Positions 25,610 to 25,887 of a stretch of 25,887 bases of DNA are shown piece by piece. The translations under genes and the position numbers were made by a program. The first letter of the stretch is position 1, and every line of letters starts with the position of its first letter. Origin of the DNA: a virus (lineage: Duplodnaviria; Caudoviricetes); IMG/VR virus record IMGVR_UViG_3300009179_000013, positions 1 through 25,887 of that record, one strand, 5' to 3'. Under the pieces are notes generated by a model that saw nothing but the letters and a program-made list of their open reading frames with translations, did not search any database and had not been told where the DNA came from.

Positions 25610-25887
25610 TTATGCCCTCCGTCGCGTGCTGACCCTTGCGCGGTTGCGCATAAGGTCGCGGCGTTGCTTCCGTTGTTCCTCGGTTAGAGAAACCGGAGTA
25701 GCGTTGTTCTTCGCCCACTCGTTCATCCGGTCAATCTGCGAAGCAAACGCCTTGCTGATCGGTACCATCACGGCAAACGCGTCAACGATGTGCTGACTGG
25801 TCAGCGTTACGCCTTCTCCGAAAGCGTTGATCAACGCGTCCTTGACGGCGGACTCAATCTCTGCCGGGACGTACTTGTCGCACGCCT
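25610..25887 (-). CDS. C-terminus of a Ycf46-like AAA+ ATPase (partial, runs off the window)
   Basis: The frame stays open to the edge and reads ACDKYVPAEIESAVKDALINAF...VPISKAFASQIDRMNEWA, the AAA lid and Ycf46-type tail. Confidence 0.72.
   Translation of the reverse strand, partial: ACDKYVPAEIESAVKDALINAFGEGVTLTSQHIVDAFAVMVPISKAFASQIDRMNEWAKNNATPVSLTEEQRKQRRDLMRNRARVSTRRRA

Overview
A 25.9-kb segment of a tailed dsDNA bacteriophage (Caudoviricetes) genome with high GC (roughly 55-60% by eye). Every credible protein gene is on the minus strand. In transcription order (right to left) it holds: (1) the end of a Ycf46-like AAA ATPase with DUF1257/DUF2997-like partners; (2) a replication module: wHTH initiator containing a likely origin, degenerate DnaC-like loader, DnaB helicase, Cys-rich protein, UDG-like/3'-5' exo/family A DNA polymerase, DnaG primase, gp32-like SSB and SF2 helicase; (3) a recombination module: RecA, Hjc-like nuclease, Cas4-like nuclease and RuvC-like resolvase; (4) a histone-like/acidic protein; (5) a ParB, wHTH, Lar, ParB-ParB-methyltransferase and CmoA-like cluster; (6) the small and large terminase subunits. 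The main unexplained signals are: a 14-bp palindrome TGAAATCGATTTCA present 9 times at about 1.7-3.6 kb spacing; a promoter-to-terminator antisense sRNA of about 100 nt facing the initiator leader; a dnaX-type -1 frameshift signal that would fuse the helicase to a MerR-like HTH; a variant CmoA plus ParB-MTase next to the terminase; and Arg-rich tails on many unrelated proteins. All family calls come from motif recognition, without database searches.
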